Assembly (NCBI GenBank): GCA_013239625.1
Contig: MU054391.1
Coordinates: forward strand, 9,085,095 to 9,149,094
Reading direction: 5' to 3'
Length of the DNA: 64,000 nucleotides
Origin: Lama guanicoe
Lineage: Eukaryota
Below the pieces are notes generated by a model, which did no database searches, had not been told where the DNA came from, and was given only the letters and a program-made list of their open reading frames with translations. Made by a program: the position numbers and the translations under genes. Position 1 is the stretch's first letter. Each line of letters starts with the position of its first letter. Shown here piece after piece: positions 38,716-51,991 of the stretch.

Positions 38716-40351
38716 CTATGAAACCCAGAGATAACTCAATCTACTTCATTTCTCAGAGGAGATTTCTACTTTGGAAGAGAGATCAGATTGTTTGATTTCT
38801 GATGTCCTTCATACTTTAACATTCTGCTTTCAAATTAACTATGATAGGAACCACACAAGTCTTTAGAAAATATACATTATAGTTCAGATCCATAGCAAAA
38901 AAAATGATAGTAAGAGGAAAAATTTAAACGATACCTTGGCCAATTCCTTAATTCATTTACAATACTTCAAGGTGTTTTCTCCCAGATAGAAGAACAAAAT
39001 TAAGGTCTACTTTTGGCCATTGTCCAAAACATCCCATCACTCAAGAACCCAGTTTTGAAAAAGTCAGCCAGAGGGACAATATCCTAGAATTAAAGTAACT
39101 AACTAGAAAGAGTCCCAATTAATAGTTCCCATGTGGAGGAACAGGGACCTTGGAATGCAAGAAAGTATTTAGGAAACACAGCATCAAATTTTAAAATATC
39201 TGAAAATATTAGACCAAATTCCAATTGAGAATCCAAAACTGAAAGCACACAAACTATTTCCACTGTTGGAACACTTCAGAGCTCTTATCAAATTGGAGTT
39301 TTCAGTATTTCCTCTTCTTCATCACACATCTCTGCTCACCCCAGCCCTCCTCTCCCCATCCCTTTCTTTGCCTGGAGACAGTTTTCTCAGGGATTTGGAT
39401 GGGACGGCAAGTGCACCTGCTGGTCCTACCTGCAGAATCAGGACCTTTAAGCCCATTCATAGAATTTACATGACAAAAATGGAAGTAGATTTCCAGAGCT
39501 TCCAGCTTGTGCAGCATAAGATTTAAAAATATGCACCGTACATTTCAGCTCCTCATTTTAAAAAATTTACATTTAAAAAAAACTTCACTTCTATTCACCC
39601 AGGAGGATGACTCACTTCCCTAAGTTCTTCATTTTTTAAAGCTTTTGAATCCCAGTCATTATAAGAGTGCTCTATCACAAGCTATCTTAAGTACCTTGGT
39701 TTTTTGCTTTTTCTTGTTTTGGGTTTTTTTTTTTTTTGCCCAAAATATCTAGGAGTCTCACAGAAATATATAATATAATATAAAAAGTGAAATGTTGAAT
39801 AATAAAATTAAAAATATTATTTCACCAAGTTTTCCTTTAGCAAGATAAACACACAATTTTTTAAATGAAATTCTACATGAGATTTGGAAATTGAGATTTC
39901 AGAATCAGGATCTGGAATCTGAGGTCAAATATTATTGGACATTTCCAAGGTACAACTAGAAAAAAGTAGGTGGAATTGAATAGGAGTAAAGAAAAGTAAG
40001 TTTAAAAGGTAAAAAGTTTCTCCCTTAATTAGTCAACTTCAACCACTTAATGACTGAACAATATTTTTATGAAATTAAGATGCAGAAAATCACCCAACCA
40101 TAACTGACACTTCAGTCATAGAAGAAAACCTAAAATAATTTAATGAAATTGGGCACTCAGCAGTTCTATTTTAATATAAGAATAGGGATAACACACAGTT
40201 TGTTCAGCTCTCATATGCTAAACTTATGTGCAAGAAGAGAAACATAAGAGTGTTGAGGTATTAAGACTCAAAAGAGGCAAGAATAAAATTAGGTACCCAG
40301 GAGAACAACACAAAGAACAACTTTCCCTATCAACTTTTACTCCCAGGAAGG

Positions 40352-40930
40352 AACATCTCTCCAAAGAAGACAGACAGATGGCCAAAAAGCACATGAAAAG
40401 ATGCTCAACATCGCTAATTGTTAGAGAAATGCAATGCAAAACTACAATGAGATATCACCTCACACCAGTCAGAATGGCCATCATTAAAAAGTCTACAAAT
40501 GATAAATGCTGGAGAGGGTGTGGAGAGAAAGGAACCCTCCTACACTCTTGGTGGAAATACAAATCGATGCAGCCACTATGGAGGACAGTATGGAGGTTCC
40601 TTAAAAAACTAGAACTTGACTTACCATATGATCCAGAGAAAAATATAATTCAAAGAGACACATGCACCCCAATGTTCACAGCAGCACTATTTACAATAGA
40701 CAAGACATGGAAACAACCTAAATGTCCGTTAACAGATGACTGGATTAAAAAAGATGTGATACACACACACACACTACACACAATGGAATACTACTCAGCC
40801 ACAAAAAAGTAAAATAATGCCATTTGCAGCAACATGGATGGACCTAGAAATCATCATTCTAAGTGAAGTAAGCCAGAAAGAGAAAGAAAAATACCATTTG
40901 ATATCACTCATATGTGGAATCTAAAAAAAA
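40352..40930 (+). mobile_element. L1 ORF2 C-terminal fragment lacking most of the 3' UTR
   Basis: ORF 40228..40812 encodes [25 protein letters not shown]...[17 protein letters not shown]...[21 protein letters not shown], clearly L1 ORF2p. It ends at ggaatctaaaaaaaa. Confidence 0.95.
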
Positions 40931-42199
40931 TTCTCATATCATTACACATTTTCTGATTCCACCTAGAAAAGAGTTGGCAGAATCAGATAGGAGTAAAGAA
41001 AATAAGAATTAGTCATTTTATACTACCAGAAAGTAGATAAGAACTAAGGACCAAGTCAGGAGTCTAGTCATTCATTGCTGTGTGAACTTGGCTAAATTCT
41101 TTCCTCTCCAGTTTCTTCATTTTTGCTCCCTGAACTGAACTGGTTATTTGGGAGCACCCACTCTCATGGAAATGGACATCCCTAGGTCACTAGGTTCTCA
41201 GTCCTACCCTGACCTTATTTCATTCTTGACCCCAAAAAAGCCTCAGATTTTATAAATGAATCAGTCAAGATTCTTTTTTTTAAAACACGATCATTTCTAT
41301 ATCTCGACCTCTCAACTAAAAGAAGTGATTTTCATGTTAAAATACATCATAATGGTCTTGTTTCTTTGACAAAGGAATCCTAGTGCATGGGGTATGAGGG
41401 AGGAGGGGGACAGGGGTTAGATACTGGTAAGGTGCCATGTTTCGGTGAATAAATCTGATCTGGAAAGTGAAATGAACACTTGGAGCTTTGTATGTGGAAA
41501 GGATTGTGTGTGGGAGGGGGAAGGAGGGTCCCACAGCAGGCACACAGCGGTCTGGCCACCAACTTGGGGATCTGATGCCAGAAACCAGCAACAGCCTGAA
41601 CATCTTCATGGGAACCAGGATGCAGAGCTTCTGCCCAAACCTCAAGGCTCTGAAGCCAAGGGCTCAAAAATCTCAAGCTCAACCCCTGGCCTCTGAGAAT
41701 AGAGAATGCCCCGGAGGCCCGAGGTCAGTGACACGTCCCCTGCAGCTCTGCAGGCTGGCAGTGGCAGAGGTTGGCTGTTGAAGCTACTCCTGCCTCAGCT
41801 GTTTGAATATTTTCTACCAGCCAGCTCCATCCACACACTGCTTAGCCCTTGAGGGCAGATCTGTGAGCCAGGCTAGAGGGCCAGCTAAGATTGGAAAGGC
41901 TTTGGAAGCATTTGATCTTGGCCTTGAAGGATGGGAAATGATTTTTTGATAGCGAGAGGAGAAGAAGGTCTTTCGAGGCAAAATCAAAATGCACTGTGGT
42001 GACAGAGAAGATGGCACAGGAGGCAAATTAGATAAAGAAAGTAAAGCCGTTTTGCTGTAGAACAGAGCTCTCGCGTGGGAACCATAGAAAACGTGGCCGA
42101 GAAGTCACAGTGTGAGGACGCTTTCGGCCATGAAGCCTGTGTTTCTTGTTAGAAGCAATAGGGAGCCACTGACTGTTCAGGAATAGCCCAAGGTCAGCC

Positions 42200-42750
42200 G
42201 TAGTTTCCTATGGCCGCTGCAACAAATTCTCACGGAGCGAGTGGCTCAAACAATACACCGCATTATTTACTATCTCACAGTTCTGGAGGCCGTAAGTCTC
42301 ACTAAATCAAGGAGTTGGCAGGGCTTCATCCCTTCCGGAAGTTCCAGAGAAGTCATTTCCCTGGTTTCTCCAGCTTCTAGAGGCTGCCTGCTTTCCCTGA
42401 CGCATGCTCACCTCCACCTTCAAAGTCAGCTTACTTCCTCGCATTTCCCTGGGGGGGCTGACCCTCCTGACTCCTTCTTTCCCATATTATTGTGATTATA
42501 TGGGGCCTGTCCAGATTACCCGAATCTCCCCATCCCCAAATCCTTACCTTAATCCCACCTGCAAAGCCCCTTTACAGAGAGTGAGTACAGCTCAGTGGTA
42601 GAGGGCATGTTTAGCACGAGGTCCTGGATTCAATCCCTGGTACCTCCATTAAGAAAAAAAAAAAGAAAAGAAAAGAAGAAGAAGAAGAAAAAGAATGCCA
42701 AGTCCCTTTTGCTATGTGAGGTAACACGTTCCAGGAGCTATCACAACCGA
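42200..42750 (-). mobile_element. MLT1C/D-like MaLR LTR containing a SINE
   Basis: tagtttcctatggccgctgcaacaaatt...tctcacagttctggaggc...ttctccagcttctagaggctgcc...tatgtgaggtaaca. Confidence 0.85.
42576..42695 (+). mobile_element. tRNA-Ala-derived camelid SINE (Vic-1 type) with A/GAA tail
   Basis: gtacagctcagtggtagagggcatgtttagcacgaggtcctggattcaatccctggtacctcca plus tail. Degenerate TSD tgcaaagcccctttac / tgccaagtcccttttgc. Confidence 0.9.
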
Positions 42751-42819
42751 TTATGCTTAGCCAATTAAACGGAGCTAAAATGAAAATAGAAAACATTTGT
42801 TCAATAAATAGTATCATGG

Positions 42820-42980
42820 ACAAGGCAATATTCTAAGTACTTCACAAAAAATCTTCACAGCAAACTGTTGAGGAACCTGAGACACAGAGAGGTTAAGTAG
42901 TCTGGCCAACGTCACACAGCTGCGAAGGAGTAGGGGAGGGAGGTAAACTCAGGTCATCTGGTGCCAGAAGCCACAACTGA
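42820..42980 (-). mobile_element. MIR SINE
   Basis: gaggaacctgagacacagagaggttaagta...gtcacacagct core. Confidence 0.85.
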
Positions 42981-43087
42981 AGCCACCCCCACCCCAGTGT
43001 CACTTCTGAAGTCATATGGAAGACACCCAGCGAATTGTTTGAGGAAGACTCTTTGCTCCAATATTACTTCTTGTCCTGTTATATGTT

Positions 43088-43849
43088 TGTGATACTGCGA
43101 TTCATAATAAGAAATATGCATTTGGTCTTTGTCTTTCTGGCTTAGAGCTTCTAAAACCCTTTAAATTTCCTAAGTGGTAAGAGCAATAAAGGTGTCTTGA
43201 TACTCATAACAAACTCCTTTTTAACCATATCTGAGTTTATGTTAAGGCGGTGATTTGTGTCCTGTACCAGACGGTGAGGACTGGTTGCCAGGGGAACCGA
43301 GCATGTGATTGGAGGGTTGGAACTTTTAGTCCCACCCCTGATCTCCAGGGCAGAGACGGGGACTGGAGGTTGAGTTCAATCACCAGTGGCCGATGATTCT
43401 TCAATCAATCATACCTATGTAATGACGCCTCTATAAAAACCCGAAAAAGACAGGGTTCTGAGAGCCTCTGGCTTGGAGATTTGGGAAGCTCCCCACCCCT
43501 TCCCACATATCTTGCCATAAGCATCTTTTCCACTTATCTGTTCCTGAGTTATATCTTTTAAAATAAACAGGCAGTCGTGTAAGTAAAATGTTTCTTTGAG
43601 TTTTGTGAGCCACTTGAGTAAATTAATCAGACCAGAGGAGAGGGTCATGGGAACCTCTGATTTACAGCCAGTCCCTCAGCGGCACAGGTGACAACGTGGA
43701 TTTGCTATTGGTACCTGAAGGGGAAGGAGATGGGGGGGGACTGAACCCCTAACCTGTAAGATCTGATGCTGTCTCCAGGAAGATAGTATCAGGATGGAGT
43801 TAACTGCTTAGTGATATAGGGGAAAAACCCACATTTGGCATTGGTGTTA
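43088..43849 (+). mobile_element. MER21-like ERVL solo LTR
   Basis: Starts tgtgata. Contains aagaaatatgcatttggtc, ctggttgccaggggaacc..catgtgattggagggttggaacttttagtcccaccc, aatcaatcatacctatgtaatga, a TATAAAA and agtaaa. Confidence 0.85.
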
Positions 43850-44617
43850 CCCAAATTGTAATATTTAAACCTCTGCCTTTACTACTAGGAAGAAATTATT
43901 TCAACAAAATGTCGAGTTACAATACCCCAGTCTAAGCACATCCTTTGGGTAGTGTTTGCTCCCATCAGTGTCCTCAGCCCACCACGATGTTATCACAGAA
44001 CAGGAAGCTAATACCTGTCTCACAGCCTATTAGGTTCTGAAGCTCTGGTCTAATAATTGTTTACTCAAGCTGCAATATAGCTTAAAGAATCTATTTCCAG
44101 GGAAATGGTACCTAATTGCATCCTATTTTGTGTCCCCCCAAACTGGAGAATGGAAGAAGGGTCTTGATGGTTTCCTCTGAAAACTTGATTTCCTTACATT
44201 TAGGGATGGTTTTGATATAAATTGACTTCCTGCAGTTGCTGATGTCTGTTAAATACAGTGGATTCTGGAAGGAAATGAAAAGGCAAAGAAAGTAGCCCAG
44301 AAGAAAATTCACAACGAGCTGCTGATAAGATACACAGGGTGTTTCTGAGAGAATCTTTAGAGTTGGCGGAATTAAATTACTGCTCTGGGTATCTATTTTT
44401 TAAGGAAAATGTGTATTTGCCTAATCCAATTTCAGCATAATTCGTATCCCTGTAACACTCCGAGAACACTGGCATATGGTTACATGAGATATAAATTGGG
44501 AGTATGATTAAAAATCACTGGTGTTTCGATTTCAATTATATTTCAAAAAATAGACTCCAGGGAAGAATTGCACAAGCAAGACCACAATCCACTGCAAGAT
44601 AGGAGTGGAGAAAAATC

Positions 44618-44657
44618 TACACACACACACACACACTCATGCACGCACACACACACA
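44618..44657. repeat. Interrupted (CA)n microsatellite
   Basis: Read directly. Confidence 0.9.
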
Positions 44658-45822
44658 GCCCTCTGCAGATCTGAGCAGGCACCATATTCCCCAGATGAAT
44701 TCCCAGCCCTCCAACACTGCTGGTTCCTCTCGGCAGCCAGCCAGCTCTGCTTGGTCTGACTTGACGCCAGAGTCCAAAGGTTGGTGGAAGCCATCTGTGA
44801 TGCCTAAACCAAAGAACAGTCCAGGCTTCCAGAAATCTGGAATCAGAGCTGGGATCAAATCACAATTACCACTATTTGACCTTGAGCAATCTAATCTTTC
44901 TTCAAAATGACCTTGAAGACTCATTATGCAGACCAACTGAGAAAGTTTTCCAAGTTTCCGGCCATGTAGTAGGTGAAAAATATAATGTATTTAAGTCAGA
45001 AGAACTTTGCTTCAAACTGAGATCAGGTATCTTGTATTATTCATCTTTGTATCCCCAGAGCCTGGCAGGATTTCTGGCACATACTCAACATATTTGCAGA
45101 ATTGAAGATAAAGATTCAGGCTTTCCCTTTTTCTAGTCCTAACCCCTCTTTAACTCTTCATGGGACCATTATTCCCAAGTCATAGAAAAGGGGAAAGGTG
45201 AAAAGGAATCATTTTCATTAAAGTAAGATTTTAAAAGCAAAAATAAATACTTCCCTCCCTAATCTTGACAGATGGGAATTTCAAGTTCCTCATTTTATTT
45301 TAAGGAGCTAATAAGGAGTTCATAAATCTCAATTACTTCTGTGAAGTTAAAAGCAGCCGCAGGTCTGCGAAGCATGATTCCAATCTCTGATCAGCCCTGG
45401 TACCTTTATTAAAACCCTGGAGGAGGAGAAGGGCCAAGTCATGTTTCAACCTTGAACTGACATTACAGCAGTGAAATTTCCTTCTCATTCTGGTCAGAGC
45501 GAAGGAGGAGCACCGATCAGGCCAGGTCACCTGCAAGATGCCACGTTACATTAAATTACATATTGCCAGCAGCTTTAGAGTTGGCCTCAGTCGAGTTCCT
45601 AGAATTGGCCAATTTCCATGCATAATCAATAAAGGGATCAATTAATACATATTTATGCCCTTAAAACTTCCTGTCTTTTCCCTCCCAGCCACCTATGCTC
45701 TCAAAAATATATTATATATAAAATGTATTTTTGTAATTGTATAATATTATATATAGGCTTTTTTCTTTTAGTTTTCTAGATTAAAATAAAATAGAACCCT
45801 TTCTCTCCATCACTCCTTGCAC

Positions 45823-46190
45823 TATGTTTGCCTCGGCTGCCATAACAAAGTACCCCAGCCTGGGTTGCTGAAGTGTTTATTTTCTCACAATTCTGGAGGC
45901 TAGAAGCCTGGTGTTGGCAGGACTGGTTTCTTCTGAAGCCTCTCATCCTGGCTTGCAGGTGGCCCCCTTCTCACTGTGTCTTCACACAGGCTTCCCTCTC
46001 GGTATTTGAGTCCTAAATTTCTTTTCTTGTAGGGACACCAACCATATTGGGTTAGGACCGACCCTGATGGTCTCATTTTAACTAATTTATCTCCGTAAAG
46101 ACTCTAACTCCAAAGACAGTCACATACTGAGGTCCTGGGGTTAGGACTTTAACCTGTGAATTTTCACGGGACACAATTCAGCCCTTCACA
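45823..46190 (-). mobile_element. MLT1A-like MaLR solo LTR, near full length
   Basis: ggctgccataacaaagtacc...ttctcacaattctggaggctagaag...agtcacatactgaggtcctggggttaggactt...gggacacaattcagcccttcaca. Confidence 0.9.
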
Positions 46191-46536
46191 CCCCCATAGA
46201 ACTCAGTCAGCCCCTAGGTCCAACTGACGTTACTTCCCCAATGACTGACATCTGTCCATCTCTAACTGGTCTACCCTATACCTACTTTTCAGGACCCAAT
46301 TCACAGTTGATTAATCCCTCCTTCCCCCAGGGAGCTCAGGCTGTTTTGTTTTTTTTTTAATTAACCTGAGTACTTTTCCTTCCCAAATCTCTCCTACACA
46401 ATATTATCCATAAAACTGTATGTCCCCCTCCACTCCAAATCCCAGGCTCTTCTCTAGTCCTCACTAGTATCGAACTTTCTGTCCTCTGTTCTCCTTCATC
46501 ACTTGGTTCACTCTGTACTGCAGTTATTCGCATCCA

Positions 46537-46800
46537 AGAGGCAGGGTGGTGTAGCGGAAAGAGCAGGCATTCGAGAGCCAGGCGGTCATCCTTAGAAGCA
46601 CAGCTCTGCCACCCACTAGCTGTGCAAATTTGAGCAAGTCACTAAACGTCTCTGAAACTCAGTTTCCTTATCCATAAGAATGGTACGGCAATGCCCATTT
46701 CATAAGGTTACTTTGAGGATAAAAATAAATACATTAAGTGTACTAAAATGTCTAGCATGTAGCAGGTACTCAAACATACTCGTTGCTACAATTGTTATCA
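46537..46800 (+). mobile_element. MIR SINE, near full length
   Basis: gaggcagggtggtgtagcggaaagagca...cagctctgccacccactagctgtg...aagtcactaaacgtctctgaaactcagtttcctta plus tail. Confidence 0.9.
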
Positions 46801-47570
46801 TCTTCTTCTCTTCTTACTATTATTATTGCTGTGGTGCTTCTACCACTTCCTACTGGACTGTTAGCTCTCTGAGCACAAGGACTAGAACTTGATCACCTTT
46901 CCATGCCCTCCAGCAACAAGACCAATGATTTTCACACTTTGGTGATCAACAAATACTCATTAAATTTATCTTGAGCTCTCCTTCCAAGACCCCCCACTGT
47001 CCACAATGTGTTGCTTGACACCATACAGAAGATATTAACCTTGATAATTGCGATGATGATCACGATAACTCACAAGATTGCTCGGGGAATTAAGTAGAAT
47101 AATCTCTATAAATTATAAAGCACTATATAAATGTTAGCAATTCTTTGTGGGGGAAAACTACACAAAAAAGATCTTAAAACATGGAACTGTTTCATGGTAA
47201 GTTGGGAAGAAGGTAAGTACTTGAAGGTGAGGTACAGTCGAGCACCTGAGTGGAAGTCTCTGTAAATGCCACATATGGAGACATATGCCTAAGTGGCACA
47301 CAGGTGGTGTGACACACAGGTGGTGGTCCAGTGAGTGGGCCAGCGGTGTACGAGGCAGAGAAGAGCAGGGACTCACTCCCCTCCAAGATGAGGGATGAGA
47401 GGATCTGTGATGAATTTAATACAAAAAGAATCCATGCAGATGACAGGGGTGAACATTCTGGTCTGTGGCTGAGAACCCACAGGAGTTCATTTTGAGTGGC
47501 AGGTAAGCAAGGAATAGAGGATCCAAACTATAAGGTTAAAACAATGAAGGTATCAAAAACAAACTCATTA

Positions 47571-47921
47571 GAATAGTCCCCCCTTATCCATGAGAGATAC
47601 GTACCAAGACCCCCAGTGGATGCCTGATACGTGGATAGTAATGGACCCTATATATACCCTGGTTTTTCCTATACTAACAGAAGGGTAGTGTATACTCTTT
47701 GGATATGCTGGACTAAAGGATGATTCACATCCTGGTGGGACAGAGTAGGAAGGTGTGAGATGTCATCATGCTACTCAGAAACACATGCATTTTAAAACTT
47801 CTGCATTGTTTGTTTCTGTGATTTTCCATTTAATATTTTTGGACTGTGGATAAGGGGGAATGGTGGAAAAGATAACTCAAACTGCGGAAAGCGAACCTAC
47901 AGATAAGGGGGGTGGCTACTG
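47571..47921 (-). mobile_element. MER44A-like (Tigger7 family) MITE with TA target duplication
   Basis: TIRs gaatagtccccccttatc / gataaggggggtggctactg flanked by TA on both sides. Internal aaaggatgattcacatcc and catcatgctactcagaa. Confidence 0.9.
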
Positions 47922-47929
47922 TAATTAAT

Positions 47930-48480
47930 TAAAACTGATTAATTAATTAAGATATTTATTGACTATAACGCTAAGTCCCATTGTAACAGAAATGAGGGTA
48001 CAGATTTCCTACTTTCAAAATCTAGGGGAGGAAACAAATATTTAAGGAAAAATATTTAAACAAACAAGTGTAGTAAAACTTTCTGGATGCTATGACAAAA
48101 TTCTGCGTGGGGTGGAGTCGGGCATGGAGATGCTAGGATTCAGGGACACCTGGGAGGAACAGCACACACGTCATAGAGATAATGATCCCTGCGCTGAGTC
48201 CTGGAGACTCTGCTTTGTGGGGAAGAGGACACACAGGCTCGGGAGTAGCAGGAACGCAGGTGGAATGTTAATTGCAACAGATTGATTTAGGCGAATTAGG
48301 CAGACGCAGTGGGAGGTGAGGTTGAACTGACTGGCAGGGATGTGATCATGGAGAGAGTTTTATAACAAGAAACAGAGGTGGGGTTTTCACCAGTGGGTTA
48401 CGGGGAAACACTGAAGGACTTTCATCAGAAGAACACCATGAAGAGATTTGTGTTTTAGGAAGATTACAGTGAAATGGAGG
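47930..48480 (-). mobile_element. LINE-2 fragment
   Basis: atatttattgacta tail and acactgaaggactttcatcag...agatttgtgttttaggaagattac. Confidence 0.65.
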
Positions 48481-49039
48481 CAATATATCCTAAATTCTAT
48501 TCTATTTTGATATACTAACACATCAACAGACATTTAGAACATTTTTGAGTCCTTTAAGCATCCAGTACAGTGCTAGGTATTCTGCAAGTCAAAGAAGATG
48601 TATCTACAAAATGGTTTTCTGGAGGCCATTAAAGGCTGGACGAATCAGGTAAAGCTCCACAAGGGAAGGAAGAATTGAGCTGGGTGGTGAAGAAACATCA
48701 AGAAATGGGAGGGAAGGAAACTCTAGATATTTAACCTTGCTAAATCTGATTTCTTGTCTGTAAAATGCAGATGGTCATACAGCCCATCTCATGTGACTGT
48801 TGGGGTTAATGGCCAAATGTGTATAAAAAAATAACCACAGTGCCTAGCACATAGTTCAAAATGATAGTTTGAGTCCAATCATGTTAACTGCCAGCTACAA
48901 CCACTGAAAAAAATTAATATTCTTCTGAAGACTAGGATAGAGTCCAGAGTTTCATAACATAAAAATCACAATGCTTTGGATATAATCTAAAATACTTGAC
49001 AGACAAAGGAATAGGAAAAATGTGACCCGTTCCCCAGAG

Positions 49040-49245
49040 GAGGGGCTAGAAACTGGTCTGTGAACCGAATCTTGTCCTTGGCCTGTTTTTGTATGGCCTG
49101 GGATCCGAGAATGGTTTTAACCATTACTTTGTTGAAGAAGGAAAATGGAAAAAGGAGAAGAATGTATGATAGAGGCTGTATGAGACCCATAGACCCTAAA
49201 CCCTTTGCCGTCTAGCCCTTTCCGAAAACAGTTTGCTGATTCCTG
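49040..49245. mobile_element. MER58-family hAT-Charlie MITE nested in L1
   Basis: cctgtttttgtatggcctg...agaatggtttt...tagccctttccgaaaacagtttgctgattcctg. Confidence 0.8.
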
Positions 49246-50340
49246 CTTTAGAGGAAAGAATCAATGGCGAGTAACCGCCGAATGACTCAGATGTTAGAAT
49301 TAGCCGACAAGGATTTTGAAGCATTTATTATAATCATGCTCATTAGCAAAAAAGGAAATAATGCACATAAGAAATGAATTAACAAGACCTACTAGTCAAG
49401 AAGAAACCACTAAAAAACTGAAAATTCTAGAACTAACAAAGGCATTATTTGAAGTAAAAAAAAATGCACAAGATGGGTTTAACAGAACAGAAAAGGACAG
49501 AGTCATTAAAATTGAAGGTAGATCAATAGAAACTATCCAACATAAAGCAGAGAGGGAAAAAAAGATAAGGAAATAAGTTAATAGATCCCCAGGGACCAAT
49601 GGGACAATATCAAAAATTCTAACAACAGGAAAATAGAATTCCAAAGGATTAGAGAGAGAACGTCACAAAGGAGGAGAAATAATGACTAAAAATACCGAAA
49701 TCTGAGGAAGATATAAATTCATAGATTTAAGGAGCTCAGTGAATCCCAAGAAGGATACACAGGAAGTAAAACATGCCCGTGAGCATCACAGTCACACTAG
49801 TAAAAGTGAGAAAATTAGAACCTCTTGGAAGTAGCCAGAGAAGAAAAAGGTAACTGTATTTTTATATGTAACATATAATATACATCATATATGTGACCAT
49901 AAAACTAGATACTATATCCTATTAGCTATAGGGAAATAACGATTAAATGATTACTGACTTCTTATTTCTAACAATGGATGAAAGGAAAGACTGCAACACA
50001 ATCATTAAAGAACAGAAACAAGAGAAATGTTTTACCCACAAATCTGTATCTAAACAAAATTCCCTTTAAGACTAAAGTCGAGATAAACACCTGTTCAGTT
50101 AAATGAAAACATCAACAACAAATACATGAGACTGTTTAAGGAAAAACAATATTGCATTTGTCTTAGAGGCGTGATACCTTATACATGTGTACCACACATG
50201 AAGATTCTACTATAAAGAGCAAGGGTCAACTGACCTCTGTAGTTTCAAGTTTTCTACATCTTATGTGAAATGGTACAATGCTAACTCTAAGTAGGCTGTG
50301 CAATGTCAAGGGTGTATAAAGTAATCCATAGAAAAGCCAC

Positions 50341-50343
<3 letters not shown>

Positions 50344-50372
<29 letters not shown>
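50344..50372. repeat. (CA)n microsatellite
   Basis: About 14 uninterrupted units. Confidence 0.95.
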
Positions 50373-50378
<6 letters not shown>

Positions 50379-51730
50379 TACCTTCAACAGATAGAATAGA
50401 ATGTAATTATAATATATAATCCAAATAAAGAAAGGAAAGAGTAACAGAACAACAACAAAAACCAGAAGGAACAAATAGGAAACAAATAGTAAAATAATAA
50501 TCCAACCATATCAACATTAAACTCCAAATAAGACAGACTATAAAAACTGATCAAATACAAGATGTAAATATATGCTATTTACGAGACACACATGCCAAAT
50601 ATAAAAACACAGATGAGTTGAAAGTAAACGGGATGCAAAAGGATATACTACGCTAACAGTAAATGTAAGGCTATGAATCTGTTACTACTATTGATATTAT
50701 CAAGACAAAGAGCAGCATTAGAAATTAAGACAAACTTTGCATAATGATTAAATAATCAATCCATTAGAAAGAGATAATACTCATCCACGTGTAAGTGCCT
50801 AACACAGAGCTTCAACGTAAAGATTCACGAAGCATTAAATGATGAATTTGAAGAGAAAAATGGAAAGTTACACCATCACAGTTGGAGATTTAAAAACATT
50901 TTCTCAAAAATTGATACAACAAGAAAAAATCTATAGGGGATCCGAACAGCACTAGCAACCACCTTGTCCTAATTGATATTTAGAAAACACCATATTCAAC
51001 AACCGGAGAATAAATACTCTTTTCAAGTGTGCTTGAGACATTTAGCAAGTCAGATCATATGCTAAGCCACAAAATAATTCTTAATAAATTTAAAATTATT
51101 AAGTCATAAAAGCTGTGTTCTCTGAGCACAAAAGAATTAAGTTAGAAATCAGTAACAGAACAAAATTTGGAATATTTCTAAATACTTAGAAATTAAATAA
51201 CACACATAGATAATCCCTGGGTTAAAGAAGACATCACTAAGAAAATTCTGAAATATTTTTAACTGAATGATAATGCAAAACAATATATCAAAACGTGAGA
51301 GATGCAAGAGGAAGCACTGATATGAAGGGTGTTTATAGCTTCCAATGCTTTAAATTTAAAATCAGTGATCCCAAGATCTAAGGAGCTAGAAAAATTATAA
51401 CAAAGTAAACACAAACTAAGTTAAAAATAAGAGCCAAAATCAATAAAAAGGAAAATACACAAAATTGAGAAAAAGCACAAAGCCAAAAGATTTTTCTTTC
51501 TAATGGGAAAAAATAATTTCCCCAAGTTGAATAATAGAAGAGAGCAAACATAAATGACTAACATCAAGGATTTTTTTAAAAGGTTATTCACTACTGTGAA
51601 TCAGAAAGTATTATGAACAATTTTATACATAAAAGTTAACAAACTATATGAAACAGGAAAAAAATCCTTGAAAAACAGAACTTATCAAAACTGACACAAA
51701 ATGAAACAGAGAAACTGAAAACCCTAACAT

Positions 51731-51991
51731 GCATTGGGAGTTCGAGATTTGTGGATACTAATATATATAAAATAGATAAACAGGTTCATGCAGTATAGCA
51801 CAGGGAACTACATTCAATATCTTATAGTAACTTATGGTGAAAAAGAACATATGTATGTTCATGTATGACTGAAGCATTGTGCTGCATACCAGAAATTGAC
51901 ACAACATTGTAAACTGTACCTCAATAAATATATATATTTAATATTTTTTTGTGTATATATATATATATATATATACACACAAAAGAAAAAA
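51731..51991 (+). mobile_element. Younger L1 3' end nested in the old L1, with a (TA)n-containing tail
   Basis: gtatagcacagggaactacattcaatatctt...gacacaacattgtaaactg. TSD gaaaaccctaacat (51717-51730) and gaaaatcccaacat (51992-52005), 12/14 identical. Confidence 0.9.

Noticed and set aside
39388..39540. Possible internal exon (cag/gatttgg... on +, ctgcag/gtagga donor-like on -)
   Set aside because: No matching acceptor-donor pair with a recognisable peptide. A non-coding exon cannot be excluded without RNA data.
40228..40812. 194-aa ORF as a host or domesticated gene
   Set aside because: It is an L1 ORF2p C-terminal remnant fused by chance to upstream flank. It has a non-ATG start, a mutated CCHC motif and a frameshift near the end.
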